From Thraustochytrium aureum (lineage: Eukaryota): a stretch of DNA of 64,000 nt. Location: contig BLSG01000322.1 of assembly GCA_012862495.1 (NCBI GenBank), positions 29,812-93,811 on the forward strand, written 5' to 3'. Under the pieces are notes generated by a model that worked only from the letters and a program-made list of their open reading frames with translations, was not told the DNA's origin and did not search any database. How positions within the stretch are numbered: the stretch's first letter is position 1; each line of letters starts with the position of its first letter. The translations under genes and the position numbers were made by a program. Below are positions 11,043-22,162 of this stretch, piece by piece.

Positions 11043-13390
11043 TTACTGCTTCTCGGACCCATCACCGCCCTTGAGTCTGACGAGCTCGCTGCGGGCAGCC
11101 TCGAGTTTGCTCTTTGCCCCCTCGAGCCGCGTCAAGATCGCGCGGTGCTTGGAGTCGTCCGCCTTGTAGCCGTCAAGCCAGGTGGTGGTCCAGGCCGTCT
11201 GGCGCAGCGCGAAGAAAGGGTCGAGCAACATCTTGGCGATGTTGAGCACCTTCCGAATCACAAATTGGCGGTTGATCGTCGCGGCGGCCTCGTTTGCCGC
11301 TTTGGTCAACATCTGCACGCCAGTCTCCAAAAAGCTCACGTTCCGCTCTGCCGCCACTATCCGGCCTTCTGTCCCGCTCGCCATTTCGACCAGGTGCTCA
11401 TAGAGCTGACCCACACCGTACGAAGCTCCTTCTTTGGTTGAAACATGAAACAGGTCTGTTGGGAACATGTCCGCTTTAAATCCATTCGGCGCAAGCACCT
11501 GGCGGTTCAGGCGATTCGCCGAGCTCTCCAGCAGCACGCGGAGACTCGGAGGCCAGCTCTCCCAGCCGCGGGCGAATTCGACCGCAGGGTCCAGGCCCCA
11601 GGCAAAGAGGTCTCCGTGCGTCCGCACGAGCGTGACTCTGCGCCACGCGTGCTTGTACTCGCGCGTGCCCGGCTTGTATCCGTTCTTCTGGCATATCGCC
11701 TTGGCTGCTTCCAGGAATCGCTGGTAGAGGTCAGCGTCAGAATCGCCATTGAAGACCAGCACGCAAAAGTCAACCTCGTCGAGCGGCCCGCTCGAGGGCT
11801 GTCCCCCGAGCTCGGCGCTTGCGGCACCGGGTCGCCACCGAGCCCAGGGGTGTCCACGAACAGGAGGCGCGAGAGCCGTTCCGAGCCGCCTTCGGCAGCC
11901 GCATCGCCGAGGCTACGAGCAATGTAGGTCATGTTCTGCGCGGTCGAGCCTCCGACGAGAGAAATGTTGGAAACGTGGTCCGCGTCTGCGCTGCCAGCCT
12001 CCCGAAGCAGCGCGCGAAGGAGCTGCGTCTTGCCGCTGCAGACCTTGCCGAAAAAAACGACGCGCATGTCCGGGTCGGGCCGGATCGGCGCCGCCGCCTC
12101 TGTCAGCCGCTCGCGCATGTTTTCGTACTGGACCCACACCTTGAGCTGATCAAAGTACTCGAGCTTGCGGGAGAAGAAGAACTGAGCACGATCGACTCCG
12201 CGGAATCGGCCCACGTCCGTTGCCGCCATCCATCCCATGAGCCCGCACACAGTCAGGACGGCACCAGCATACGCGATTTGGTCCGACAAGCAACTGCCTT
12301 CCTCCGCCAGATGCTGGGCCCACTGCCACCTCAGGTAGCCGCGCAGCGCAACGAGCGCTGTGATCCCCTGCAGCACGAGCCGCGCACCGAGGATCGCGCG
12401 CTGCACGTAGATCGGGGGAATGAGCAGGTCCTCGAAGCTGAACTCCTGCATGAGAGCCGAGACGCAGCGGACCAGAAACACCCCGAGCTGAACGGGGTCC
12501 GTCTCGCCTTCAAACATGTACTCTACTGTGGCTTTCACGGCGCCCTCAAGCTTGTGCGTGACGCCCCAGCACGCGGTCCACAACACGACATCAGGCACTG
12601 GAGCCACAGACTCGACGAACCAGCAGGCTGCGAAGTGAACAACGCGAAACAAGAGCTCGGCCCAGCCGGCCCAGCTTTGCGTCCCGGCGCCCAGCAAAAA
12701 GCAGGCGACGGCCTTGGCCAGCAAGTTGTACTTTGACGTCAGTTTTGTGTCGGCGAGAGTTGCTGCGAAGAGGAACAAGCCCACTGCGAGAACGGGAAGA
12801 TTGAGCTGCCAGCCCTTCCAGCCCCCGGTCGCGGAGCGCAGGATCCCCTGCGCCCCCTGGTAGATTAGCACGCGCTTGGAGAGCGCCACGAACGAGACGA
12901 CGGCCAAGTAGGCCACTCGCACCAAGGCAGCCCAGTCCAGCCCCTGCAGCGCCACGCGCGCTGCGTGCGCGGCAATGGACAAGAGCCCGACCACGCTCAA
13001 GAACCCGAGCCCTAGCACGTCGCAGACGGCAACGGCCCGCATCACAAGCATGGCCGTGACGTCCAAGAAGCTCATGAGAACGACCAGCAGAGCGCAAAGG
13101 CAGACCAGCTGGCCGGCTTGCTCGGCCTTTCGGGCGCGTTCGCGAATCGTCTTGTCCACGGCGTTGTTGAGGCCCTCAGTGGCCCCAAACCGAACGAGCC
13201 CCACAGCAACCCCATGCCGCTCCAAGTGCCAGACCAGCGACTTGGCGCAGTCGACGGCCTTGCTGGCGCTCCTTGCCGTATCCGCCACAGGGCCCTCCCC
13301 TTCCGCGTGCGTTTGCAGCAGCTCTTGGAGCGAGCCGAGCGCGTTGGTCGCTTGCAAGGCGCGACTCGCGAGCGCGAAGGCAAGGTCCAT
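11043..13390 (-). CDS. Multi-pass membrane protein fused to a C-terminal TRAFAC-class P-loop GTPase (paralog A)
   Basis: Many hydrophobic segments in the N-terminal ~430 aa. G1 GKVCSGKT, G2 GGST, G3 DTPG, then a frameshift near 11800 into VDFCVLVFNGD, G4-like VRTHGD and HVST, and a helical C-terminus. Confidence 0.8.
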
Positions 13391-13496
13391 TCCGCACAGG
13401 CGGCGCCTGGCGCCACGGCCGCTCTCGCGCAAAGCGCAGCGCCGATGCCGCGCCTTCTAATGGCCGCGAACGGCTCGCGCGCGCCGTGCCCCTGGC

Positions 13497-13573
13497 CCGC
13501 TCCAGCTGCCGCTCCAGCTGCCGCTCCAGCTGCCGCTCCAGCTGCCGCTCCAGCTGCCGCTCCAGCTGCCGCT
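13497..13573. repeat. 12-bp perfect tandem repeat (CCGCTCCAGCTG)x6
   Basis: Six perfect copies plus a partial copy, just upstream of the GTPase A start. Confidence 0.95.
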
Positions 13574-13760
13574 TTGTCGGTCTGTTGCACAGGGAACAAG
13601 AAGGAGGGAAACGAAGGACTCGTGAAAAAATGGAATTGAGGATGGACACTGTCGTTGCGTTGCACATTCTCGGCCAAGCCGCGCTTACCGCGCGACGGCG
13701 CGCTGAGCAATACATGGGCCGGCGGAGTATCTGGCAGACGTGCTCAGTCTAGCCAGTCCT

Positions 13761-14738
13761 TCAGGCGTAGATCGGGTAAAAGGTCTTGAAAGCTGCCTCG
13801 CAAAAGTCGTCCGGTGAGTTGAAACGCAAGCCCTCGTCGAGGCTGTCGAGCTGCGTCATCTCGGCTTCGGTCAGCTCGAAGTCGAACAGCGAAATGTTGT
13901 CCTTGAGGCGCTGGTCGTTGGAAGATTTGGGGATCACCGCCGTACCGCGCTGCACGGCCCAGCGGAGCAAGACCTGGCCCGGGGTGCGCCCGTGCTTGGC
14001 GGCAATTTCGTTGACCACCTCGTGCTCGAGAAGGAGGTTGCTCGAGCTCCCGCCAAGCTCGACGTACGAGGCCCCGCCGAAAGAGCTAAACGCGGTAACG
14101 GCGATGCCGCGCTCCTTACAAAACCGGACGAGCTTGGCTTGCGAATTCTGCGGGTGCAGCTCCACCTGCAGGACTGCCGGCTTGACCTTGGCGTACGAGA
14201 GAACGTCGCGAAGCATGGCGGTGCCAATGTTGCAGCAACCGATGCTGCGCACTAGGCCGGCACTGCAGAGCTCCTCCATGGCCGCCCATGTTTCGTGGTA
14301 TGGCACGAGGTCCTCCTCGATCTTGGGGTCGCTCGCTTTTGGGTCGAAGAACCACTCGGGCGGATACCGCTCCTCGAAGGGCACAAAGCGCTGCGAGATA
14401 GGAAAGTGGATGAGGTAGAGGTCGAGGTACTCGAGGCCGAGGTCGTCAAGCGAGCGTTGGCAGGCCGGCAGCACGTGCTCTTTGCGGTGGTACGTGTTCC
14501 ACAGCTTGGACGTCACGAAAAGCTCTTTGCGCTCCACGATGCCCTCTTCGATGGCCCGGCGGATGCCCAGGCCGACCTCCTTTTCGTTCCCGTAGTCGCA
14601 GGCTGCATCGATCAATCGGTACCCGCCCTTGATGGCGCGATACACGACGTCCGCAGCGAGGGTTTTGTCGATCTTCCACGTCCCGAGCCCGACGGAGGGC
14701 ATCTCCTGCCCGCTGGCCAGCTTCAGAACGCGTGCCAT
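13761..14738 (-). CDS. Aldo-keto reductase, xylose reductase/AKR2-like
   Basis: Intact 325-aa ORF with GLGTW, DAACDYGNEKEVG, TSKLWN, YLIHFP and IPKS motifs; catalytic D/Y/K/H present. Confidence 0.95.
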   Translation of the reverse strand: MARVLKLASGQEMPSVGLGTWKIDKTLAADVVYRAIKGGYRLIDAACDYGNEKEVGLGIRRAIEEGIVERKELFVTSKLWNTYHRKEHVLPACQRSLDDLGLEYLDLYLIHFPISQRFVPFEERYPPEWFFDPKASDPKIEEDLVPYHETWAAMEELCSAGLVRSIGCCNIGTAMLRDVLSYAKVKPAVLQVELHPQNSQAKLVRFCKERGIAVTAFSSFGGASYVELGGSSSNLLLEHEVVNEIAAKHGRTPGQVLLRWAVQRGTAVIPKSSNDQRLKDNISLFDFELTEAEMTQLDSLDEGLRFNSPDDFCEAAFKTFYPIYA

Positions 14739-15115
14739 CCTGCCCAGCGCCGTGTTGGCGGCAGCCTTGCACAAGCTCGTCCGTTTGGACGTGTGTTGCG
14801 TTGCGCTGCCGTGTCTGCGGTCGTCGAGGGTCTGTCGGCGTCGGCGAGAGTGTTTCGTCACATTCGTGGGTGCACCCTATGTCCAGCCGAGCGTTTTGCA
14901 CCCACCAAGGCACTTTGCAGCGCGCATGGCATCGCGCTCGATCTTTCTACCTGGCGGGCGAGGCGGCGAGGCGCCAGAGAGAGGCCAAGTCGCACGAGCT
15001 GGCCCCGCGAGCCTTTTGTACATCAAGCTGAACGAGTGGGGAGCGAGCGTGCGGGCGGCGTTTTGAGGTGGTTTGCGGTCTCTCTAGCTAGGTACATACT
15101 TCGTGCCGCAGACGC

Positions 15116-15251
15116 GCCACGGCTCTTGCACGCGGCCAGGCGGCCACTACGAGGCCACGGCTCTTCTTGCACGCGGCCAGTGCGGCCACTACGAGGCCAC
15201 GGCTCTTCTTGCACGTCTTGCACGTCTTGCACGCGGCCAGTGCGGCCACTG
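15116..15251. repeat. Imperfect ~42-bp tandem repeat with internal 9-bp expansion
   Basis: About three copies of GCCACGGCTCTT(CTT)GCACGCGGCCAG(T)GCGGCCACTACGAG; the third has TCTTGCACG repeated. Confidence 0.85.
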
Positions 15252-15260
15252 CCAGCAGAG

Positions 15261-16268
15261 TTAAGGAGTTGCCGCCGCCGTCGGAGCCTGCACCAAGACA
15301 GCCAAGACCGGGCGCAGGCCTGGCAGGCCCAGGGTCTCCTGAAGCGCACGGTACTTTGCCGTCTCAAGCGAGCAGTCCAGCGGCCGCGTCCCTTTGAAAA
15401 TCTCCCGGCTCGAAGACGCCGCCAACGCAGGAAGCGGCCTCGCAAGTTGTGCGGAATAGTAGCAAATCAGCGCTTCCGCAAGCTGATACCGCGTGATCGA
15501 CTCGCTCGCAACGAGGTTGAGCACGCCACGCACTTTGTCCCGAAACGCGGTCTCCTCGAGCCCAGCCAGCGAGGCAATGGCAAGTGCGAGGTCAGAACCC
15601 AGCGTGACCGAGCGAACCTCGTCCGTGAAAAAGTCGGCCATAGAACCCTCTGCATGCGCGGCGAGAGTGCGGGAAATGCAAAAATGCGCGCATTTACTGC
15701 GCTTGGGGTTGGCACCCATGAGCTTGGACAGGCTCGGCTCGAGCGTGAGGATAAGCGAGGTGCGAAGGCAAACGTAGTCGAGGCCTTCGACCGCCGCAAG
15801 GCCAGCCTCCATGGACGCCTTGCACTCGCCATACCAGAGCACTGCACTGGTTGGGTCCGACTCGCTATAGCTGCCCTTGTTGCCGTCGAAGACGACGTCG
15901 GTGGACATTTGCAGCAATCGTACTCCAGCAGATGCACAGGCGGCCCCCACGACTTGCACGGTCCTGTCGACGATGAACTCGCGCACAGCCTCCTTGTCCT
16001 GGCCAGCGTCGTGCTTGCACACGGCGCAATTCACCACGCAGGCGACCGACTCGCGTCTGAGCAAGTCCTCAAAAGCTCGCTTCGCCTCCTCCACGGTGCC
16101 GGCCTCGTTTCCAAGCTGGACCTTGAGCCAGCGAGCCTCGGAGCTTGCTCCACTGGGCGGCGCGCTATTGAACGCCGCCAGGACGACCCACTCCGCTTCT
16201 GTGAACGCCCCGACGACGCTCTGGCCGAGCTCGCCGGCGGCGCCAAGCACCAGCACGACGCGCTGCAT
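15261..16268 (-). CDS. RmlD-like extended SDR (dTDP-4-dehydrorhamnose reductase / MAT2B family)
   Basis: GAAGELG Rossmann motif, VVNCA, STDVVFDG, YGECK (YxxxK), FTDEVRS and RPLDCSL. Confidence 0.85.
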   Translation of the reverse strand: MQRVVLVLGAAGELGQSVVGAFTEAEWVVLAAFNSAPPSGASSEARWLKVQLGNEAGTVEEAKRAFEDLLRRESVACVVNCAVCKHDAGQDKEAVREFIVDRTVQVVGAACASAGVRLLQMSTDVVFDGNKGSYSESDPTSAVLWYGECKASMEAGLAAVEGLDYVCLRTSLILTLEPSLSKLMGANPKRSKCAHFCISRTLAAHAEGSMADFFTDEVRSVTLGSDLALAIASLAGLEETAFRDKVRGVLNLVASESITRYQLAEALICYYSAQLARPLPALAASSSREIFKGTRPLDCSLETAKYRALQETLGLPGLRPVLAVLVQAPTAAATP

Positions 16269-16664
16269 TTCGAGGCTCTTGCCCTGCCCGCGTTGCCCGC
16301 CTTGCCCTCGCGTGAACCAACGAACCACAGACGAGCAGCGCCAGCAATGCAGTCACGTGAACCAAACCAAAGACGAGCAACGCCAGCGATGCGCTCAGCG
16401 CGCGGTCGGCGCCGCGCTGGCAAGCTGCAGTTGCGGAGACGTGGCAGTGTTTTTGGATGAAAACTTTAAAAAAAAAGAGAGGTGAGAGGTACAATGGAGC
16501 GGAGCACATCGTCGACGCAGTTGAAGCGTTGCGCTGGAACGGATTCATCTCAGATGTGCTGGAGCGTGGTGTGAGCAGCGGGCTCGCCGCCCAGGGCGAC
16601 ACTCGAAAAGGAGTAGGTTCCGGTTGGCACAGGGAAACTGGACGATCTGCAAATCAACTCGAAC

Positions 16665-17883
16665 TCAGAATTTGTCGAAACAGTCCTCCACATCCGAAGT
16701 CTCCATCGGGTCAGGCCTCCACGCATTGTCGTTGAATACATCAGAGAGGTTGTCTGGCACCCGAGTGTCCTCTGGATTCAACATTGGCAGGTCCATGTCC
16801 TCGAGGTCTCCGAGCGCTAGCTCGCAAGACAGTCCAAGGTCGATGTCACAGGGCATTGTCTGGTCAACTTCCTGGCCGTCTAGCTGCACCGTATCAGGCG
16901 CCGGCAGCCAAGAGGCGTGTTGCATACGTGGAGTGAGCAGTGAAGGGGGAATCGCCTCCTCGTACGCGGGTAGTGGGGATGCTTGCTGGGACACGGGCGG
17001 CGACAGGTCAAATTGATACAGCTCGCCGATCTCGAGGCCATGCCTTGGGACCTCGTGCTCTTGGTGCCGGTACGGTAGTTCCTCGTGCCGACCTTGCTGG
17101 TGGTACTGGTTTTGGTGCAGGTTTGGCTCTTCGTGCTGGTATTGGTACAGGTGCAGATTGGGCTGTTGGTGCTGGTTATGGTTTGGAGCAAATGGGCGCA
17201 CAGGACCTCGGGTCAGTGCCGCGCTTTCGCTTAGCGCGTTTCGCGGGAGTTGCGGAATGGGGGCTCCCGCCAAAAAGGCGGGAACGAGGCCTTTCCACCA
17301 TTCAATATAAGGGGCATGGCGTTCTTCAGCCTCGCTGATGCTGATCTTGCGTTTGGCCATCACGAAGACAGAGTCGGTACTAACCGTGGCACTGCAGCGC
17401 TCCTGCGTGTTGGAGCCCTCGTTTCGGGTCCAGGATGGTGAACTGGGCGCGGTACTTGCTCGCATCCTTGAGTGCGCCCTTACAAGTCTGTATTGTTACA
17501 AGGAGGTTGCCGTCTGGGCGAGCGCGGACTGTGACTGACTCAAAAACCTCAACCTTGCGGCGTACGCCGTTGTTTGACGTTTGGAACACGAACGGAGTTG
17601 CGATGAACGGTTCGGCGTGGCCGTCGTTTTGCAGCCGCGCTCGAGCGCGAGCCAGGGAGACACGTGCGCGCTGCACAACGTTGTGGCCGTCTGAGCACCT
17701 GACGATCTCCACCATCAACTCGGCGCTTGAGTTTTCGCTCACGAGAGAGGGCTGACCTTTAAGAACAATGGCTGCGGTCGAGGCAAACTTCCACGCCTTG
17801 TACAACATTTCGGTGATATCCTGGATTACTGAGAGGGCATAGTTGCTCGGGCTCGCGATGGAGCGGCGCATGGAGTTGACCAT
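16665..17883 (-). CDS. Hypothetical protein, possible transcription factor (beta-rich domain plus Q/H-rich and acidic tail), frameshifted
   Basis: ORFs 17380-17913 and 16665-17465 overlap and join near 17420. Beta-rich N-terminal part ends 'STDSVFVMAKRK'; the C-terminus is Q/H/P-rich and then acidic. Confidence 0.55.
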
Positions 17884-19612
17884 GCTGCCCGCTGTGCCTC
17901 GCTGAAGGCGCACCGGGCGCGTCTAGGTGGAGACAGCTTGCAGCTGCCTCCGCTCTCCCGCCGGCCTCCCTGTCTCCACTGCGTGCAGCAGCCCTCCTCC
18001 AGCAGCCCCCCTCTTTCGCCGCCCTGCGCGGCGCCGTCGCAGCAGGTCTGTGGCCAAAAACAGCAGCACAGACTGTCGCGCCCAGTCGAGTGCGCGCCAC
18101 GCTCGCCGACCTGGGCCGAGCCAGTCGCGGCCGGCTCCCCCGCTCGCGTCCCCGATCAACCGCGTCCTGGACAGGCCGCCTGGCGCCTGGCCGCCTCTAC
18201 GCTGCCTTGGACTCCTTCCTTGCTGCTCCACGTTCGGGGTCTGCCGGGCTCTGGCGCCAAGCCTTCATCGTCAGGCGGCTGGCGAGAACTGGAAGCGCGA
18301 CGAAAAGTCTACGCACAAAACCGTCGTTTAGGGGAGCCCACAGCGTTTCTGCAGCGGCGCAATTGCGCGGGAGAGCGCTGCGGCGCGGTCGGTTCTCTCT
18401 CGTTTTGCTGCATGTAATCGTCGAGACATGGTAATCTAGAGAGCGCAAGTGTGGGTGGAGCTTGCTTGCTCGCGCCGGGCCGGCCGGCTGGCTGGCTGAC
18501 GGGTGGGCTTCCGCGGCTGGCGCTGACGCTGACGTCGCCTGCGCCGCTGTGCCGCCGCCGCCGCCGCTCCCGCTGCGGTATGGAAACGCACTTTGCGGCT
18601 TGTTCCTGCTGTTGAGGGCAGAGTGCTCGTAGAGTACCTTGGTCTACTTGGGACTTGGAACCGATGTCAAGGTTGGCGGTGGCGGCGATGATGATCTCGT
18701 GCATGAGCGGCGCGCGTGCTGGAGTGCATGTGGTCGGTTGGAACGCGATCGAGTCCTGGGCAGCGGCGCCTTCGGTCGCTCTGCCCGAGCCAAGCGCACC
18801 CACCCGCTGGACGCGTCAAGAGCGTCTCTCCGGCAGTCAGCCCGCGAAGAGCATGGCATCGCACCTGATCATTGAGCTTGAAGCTCGCGACACGACAGCG
18901 CTTGGGCAACGAAAGGGGATGCACTGCGGACCGAATCTCGAGACCCGAGCGCTGCAGCTGTCAAGGAAGCGCCCAACGCCTGCGATTTTTTTTTCTCAAG
19001 CAAAAGGGTTTGCAGGGCCAGCCGCGGTTGGATCCTACCGAGCGGCCGTCAGCAGGGTGCCNNNNNNNNNNNNNNNNNNNNNNNNNNNNNNNNNNNNNNN
19101 NNNNNNNNNNNNNNNNNNNNNNNNNNNNNNNNNNNNNNNNNNNNNNNNNNNNNNNNNNNNNNNNNNNNNNNNNNNNNNNNNNNNNNNNNNNNNNNNNNNN
19201 NNNNNNNNNNNNNNNNNNNNNNNNNNNNNNNNNNNNNNNNNNNNNNNNNNNNNNNNNNNNNNNNNNNNNNNNNNNNNNNNNNNNNNNNNNNNNNNNNNNN
19301 NNNNNNNNNNNNNNNNNNNNNNNNNNNNNNNNNNNNNNNNNNNNNNNNNNNNNNNNNNNNNNNNNNNNNNNNNNNNNNNNNNNNNNNNNNNNNNNNNNNN
19401 NNNNNNNNNNNNNNNNNNNNNNNNNNNNNNNNNNNNNNNNNNNNNNNNNNNNNNNNNNNNNNNNNNNNNNNNNNNNNNNNNNNNNNNNNGCAGAATCGTA
19501 CTTACGACAAGCCGCGAGCAGGCAGACGCTGCGGCCGCCAGAGCCCAAGCGCGAGCGGCGGAGCTGCGAAAGCGCCGGCGGCAGCGGCGCAAGCAGAGGA
19601 GAAGGCGGCAGA

Positions 19613-21033
19613 ATGGATTGGCTAACGAGCCAGTTTTGGACCGCCGTGGACACGAACGAGGACGACCTTGACGACCACGAGGACGCTCGCCTGAGAGACT
19701 CGACGGCCGGGACTGCTGGCGAGGCTGCTGAAGCGCATGCTGACAAAAAGTACCCCCCCGGCCGCAGAGGGTGGTCGAGGACGTGGAGCAGTGCGCTGCG
19801 TCGGCGCTCGGGAATCGGAGCGACAGCGAGGACGACAAGGCAGAGTGGAAGCGGATGCCGATCGGAAGGCCCTCCACCTTGACCAGGCTCGGCGAATCGG
19901 TAAGACGAGCGATTGAAAACAACACCCCCAACCGGTGGGAGTGGGCCGTCTCCTTGCTGATCGTGGCAGTCACAGTATTGGGCCTCGCTGCGCTCCGCTC
20001 ACTCCTTTTGGTCGAGGTCGAGAACCCGGAGGAGCCGCAGTTCGACGGCTGCACCGAGTGCACGCCGCAGGACGAGCTCAGATTTAGTGGCGGGCAGTTG
20101 TGGTCGGACGAGGCCCCGTCCTGCGAGCTGGTCAAGCGTTCCCTGCTGCACAGGAAAGAATGCGGCGAGACGGGCACTGGCAAGGCCTACCCTCTCCTTG
20201 TCGCTGGCGTTGGCCACTCCGGGATGGACTACCTGCAGTCGGCCCTAAGTCGCCATGGCGTACACTTGGCGCGCGAGACCGCGCACTCGCCGAGCGAAGA
20301 CGGGACGTTTTGCTGGGCCCAGGCTTTCTCCTCGGAACCGTTCCCCGACAAGACCAACGGCATGTCGCGCAAGTGCAACATCCCGATACGGTGGACCAGC
20401 CACGCGCGCCGCTTCAAGCACGCGGTTCATGTCGTTCGCGAGCCTCTAGCCAACATCGCAGCTCGCTTGGGCAAAGGCGATTTCACGATCAACGGCGCAG
20501 ACTATCTAGTTCATTCGCGCTGCAACGCGAACTTGGAGCGCGACTTGGACCCCGCGCTGCCTGAAATCGAGTTGAAGCTCGTCTTGACGATGCGACACTG
20601 GGTCTTCATGAATAGCTTTGAGGAGACGATCGCCGAGTGGGGGTTCCGCGTTGAAGACTTTGTCCAATCCCCCGCCAAGTTTGCTCGTGAGATTGCCGCG
20701 CTTGGCAAACTCACGCGCGTGCCGACCGCGGACGGCGCTTCTTCGGGGCCCCTTCCGGAGCCTGAATCGGAGGCCGTGATGAAAGCGCCCCCCGCCGTGT
20801 CTTGGTCGCGGTTAGTTGCGCTGGATGAGGAGTTTGCTTCAATTGCGCAAACGATGGCGCTCTGGTACGGATACCCGATCCGCGTGGGGGACCTTTCGAC
20901 CACGATGCGGAAATTGTACTGCCAATTCGACAACCTGGGCCAACAAACCTGTAGTGTGGCGAAGCTGCTGCGGCACCAGTGCTGGACACGTCCGGACGGG
21001 CTCTGGGACTGCCGCCTCGGTTCGAGCGAGTAA
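19613..21033 (+). CDS. Type-II membrane protein with a sulfotransferase-like P-loop domain (frameshifted)
   Basis: ATG 19613 (MDWLTSQFW), shift near the C7 run at ~19753, single TM 'WAVSLLIVAVTVLGLAAL'. Luminal motifs LLVAGVGHSG, HVVREPL and FRVEDF resemble sulfotransferase 5'-PSB, 3'-PB and YEDL motifs. Confidence 0.6.
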
Positions 21034-22162
21034 AACCCAGGTTGCTGCCGCACTCTGTAGCTAGCGAATCGATAGAGCAGCGTACTCTACTTAACCTGCG
21101 CGATTCTTGACCGCGAACCTTGGTATGGCGCCGCGGCTCCTGCCCTGGAGGAGCTCGAGAGCGGTGCGCGCTTGCAAGAAGAAAGCACGGAGCAGATCTG
21201 GCNNNNNNNNNNNNNNNNNNNNNNNNNNNNNNNNNNNNNNNNNNNNNNNNNNNNNNNNNNNNNNNNNNNNNNNNNNNNNNNNNNNNNNNNNNNNNNNNNN
21301 NNNNNNNNNNNNNNNNNNNNNNNNNNNNNNNNNNNNNNNNNNNNNNNNNNNNNNNNNNNNNNNNNNNNNNNNNNNNNNNNNNNNNNNNNNNNNNNNNNNN
21401 NNNNNNNNNNNNNNNNNNNNNNNNNNNNNNNNNNNNNNNNNNNNNNNNNNNNNNNNNNNNNNNNNNNNNNNNNNNNNNNNNNNNNNNNNNNNNNNNNNNN
21501 NNNNNNNNNNNNNNNNNNNNNNNNNNNNNNNNNNNNNNNNNNNNNNNNNNNNNNNNNNNNNNNNNNNNNNNNNNNNNNNNNNNNNNNNNNNNNNNNNNNN
21601 NNNNNNNNNNNNNNNNNNNNNNNNNNNNNNNNNNNNNNNNNNNNNNNNNNNNNNNNNNNNNNNNNNNNNNNNNNNNNNNNNNNNNNNNNNNNNNNNNNNN
21701 NNNNNNNNNNNNNNNNNNNNNNNNNNNNNNNNNNNNNNNNNNNNNNNNNNNNNNNNNNNNNNNNNNNNNNNNNNNNNNNNNNNNNNNNNNNNNNNNNNNN
21801 NNNNNNNNNNNNNNNNNNNNNNNNNNNNNNNNNNNNNNNNNNNNNNNNNNNNNNNNNNNNNNNNNNNNNNNNNNNNNNNNNNNNNNNNNNNNNNNNNNNN
21901 NNNNNNNNNNNNNNNNNNNNNNNNNNNNNNNNNNNNNNNNNNNNNNNNNNNNNNNNNNNNNNNNNNNNNNNNNNNNNNNNNNNNNNNNNNNNNNNNNNNN
22001 NNNNNNNNNNNNNNNNNNNNNNNNNNNNNNNNNNNNNNNNNNNNNNNNNNNNNNNNNNNNNNNNNNNNNNNNNNNNNTGCGTTGGCTGTCGGTTCGCACG
22101 CAGGGCGACGGGAGTTTTCTCCGCGAGCGCTTTCGGCGTTGCGGGCGACCACGGCGAAGGCC

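Noticed and set aside
14295..16460. Long ORFs such as 14295-16460(+), 43416-45641(-) and 9388-10971(-)
   Set aside because: Antisense shadows of real genes, expected at this GC content; no motifs.
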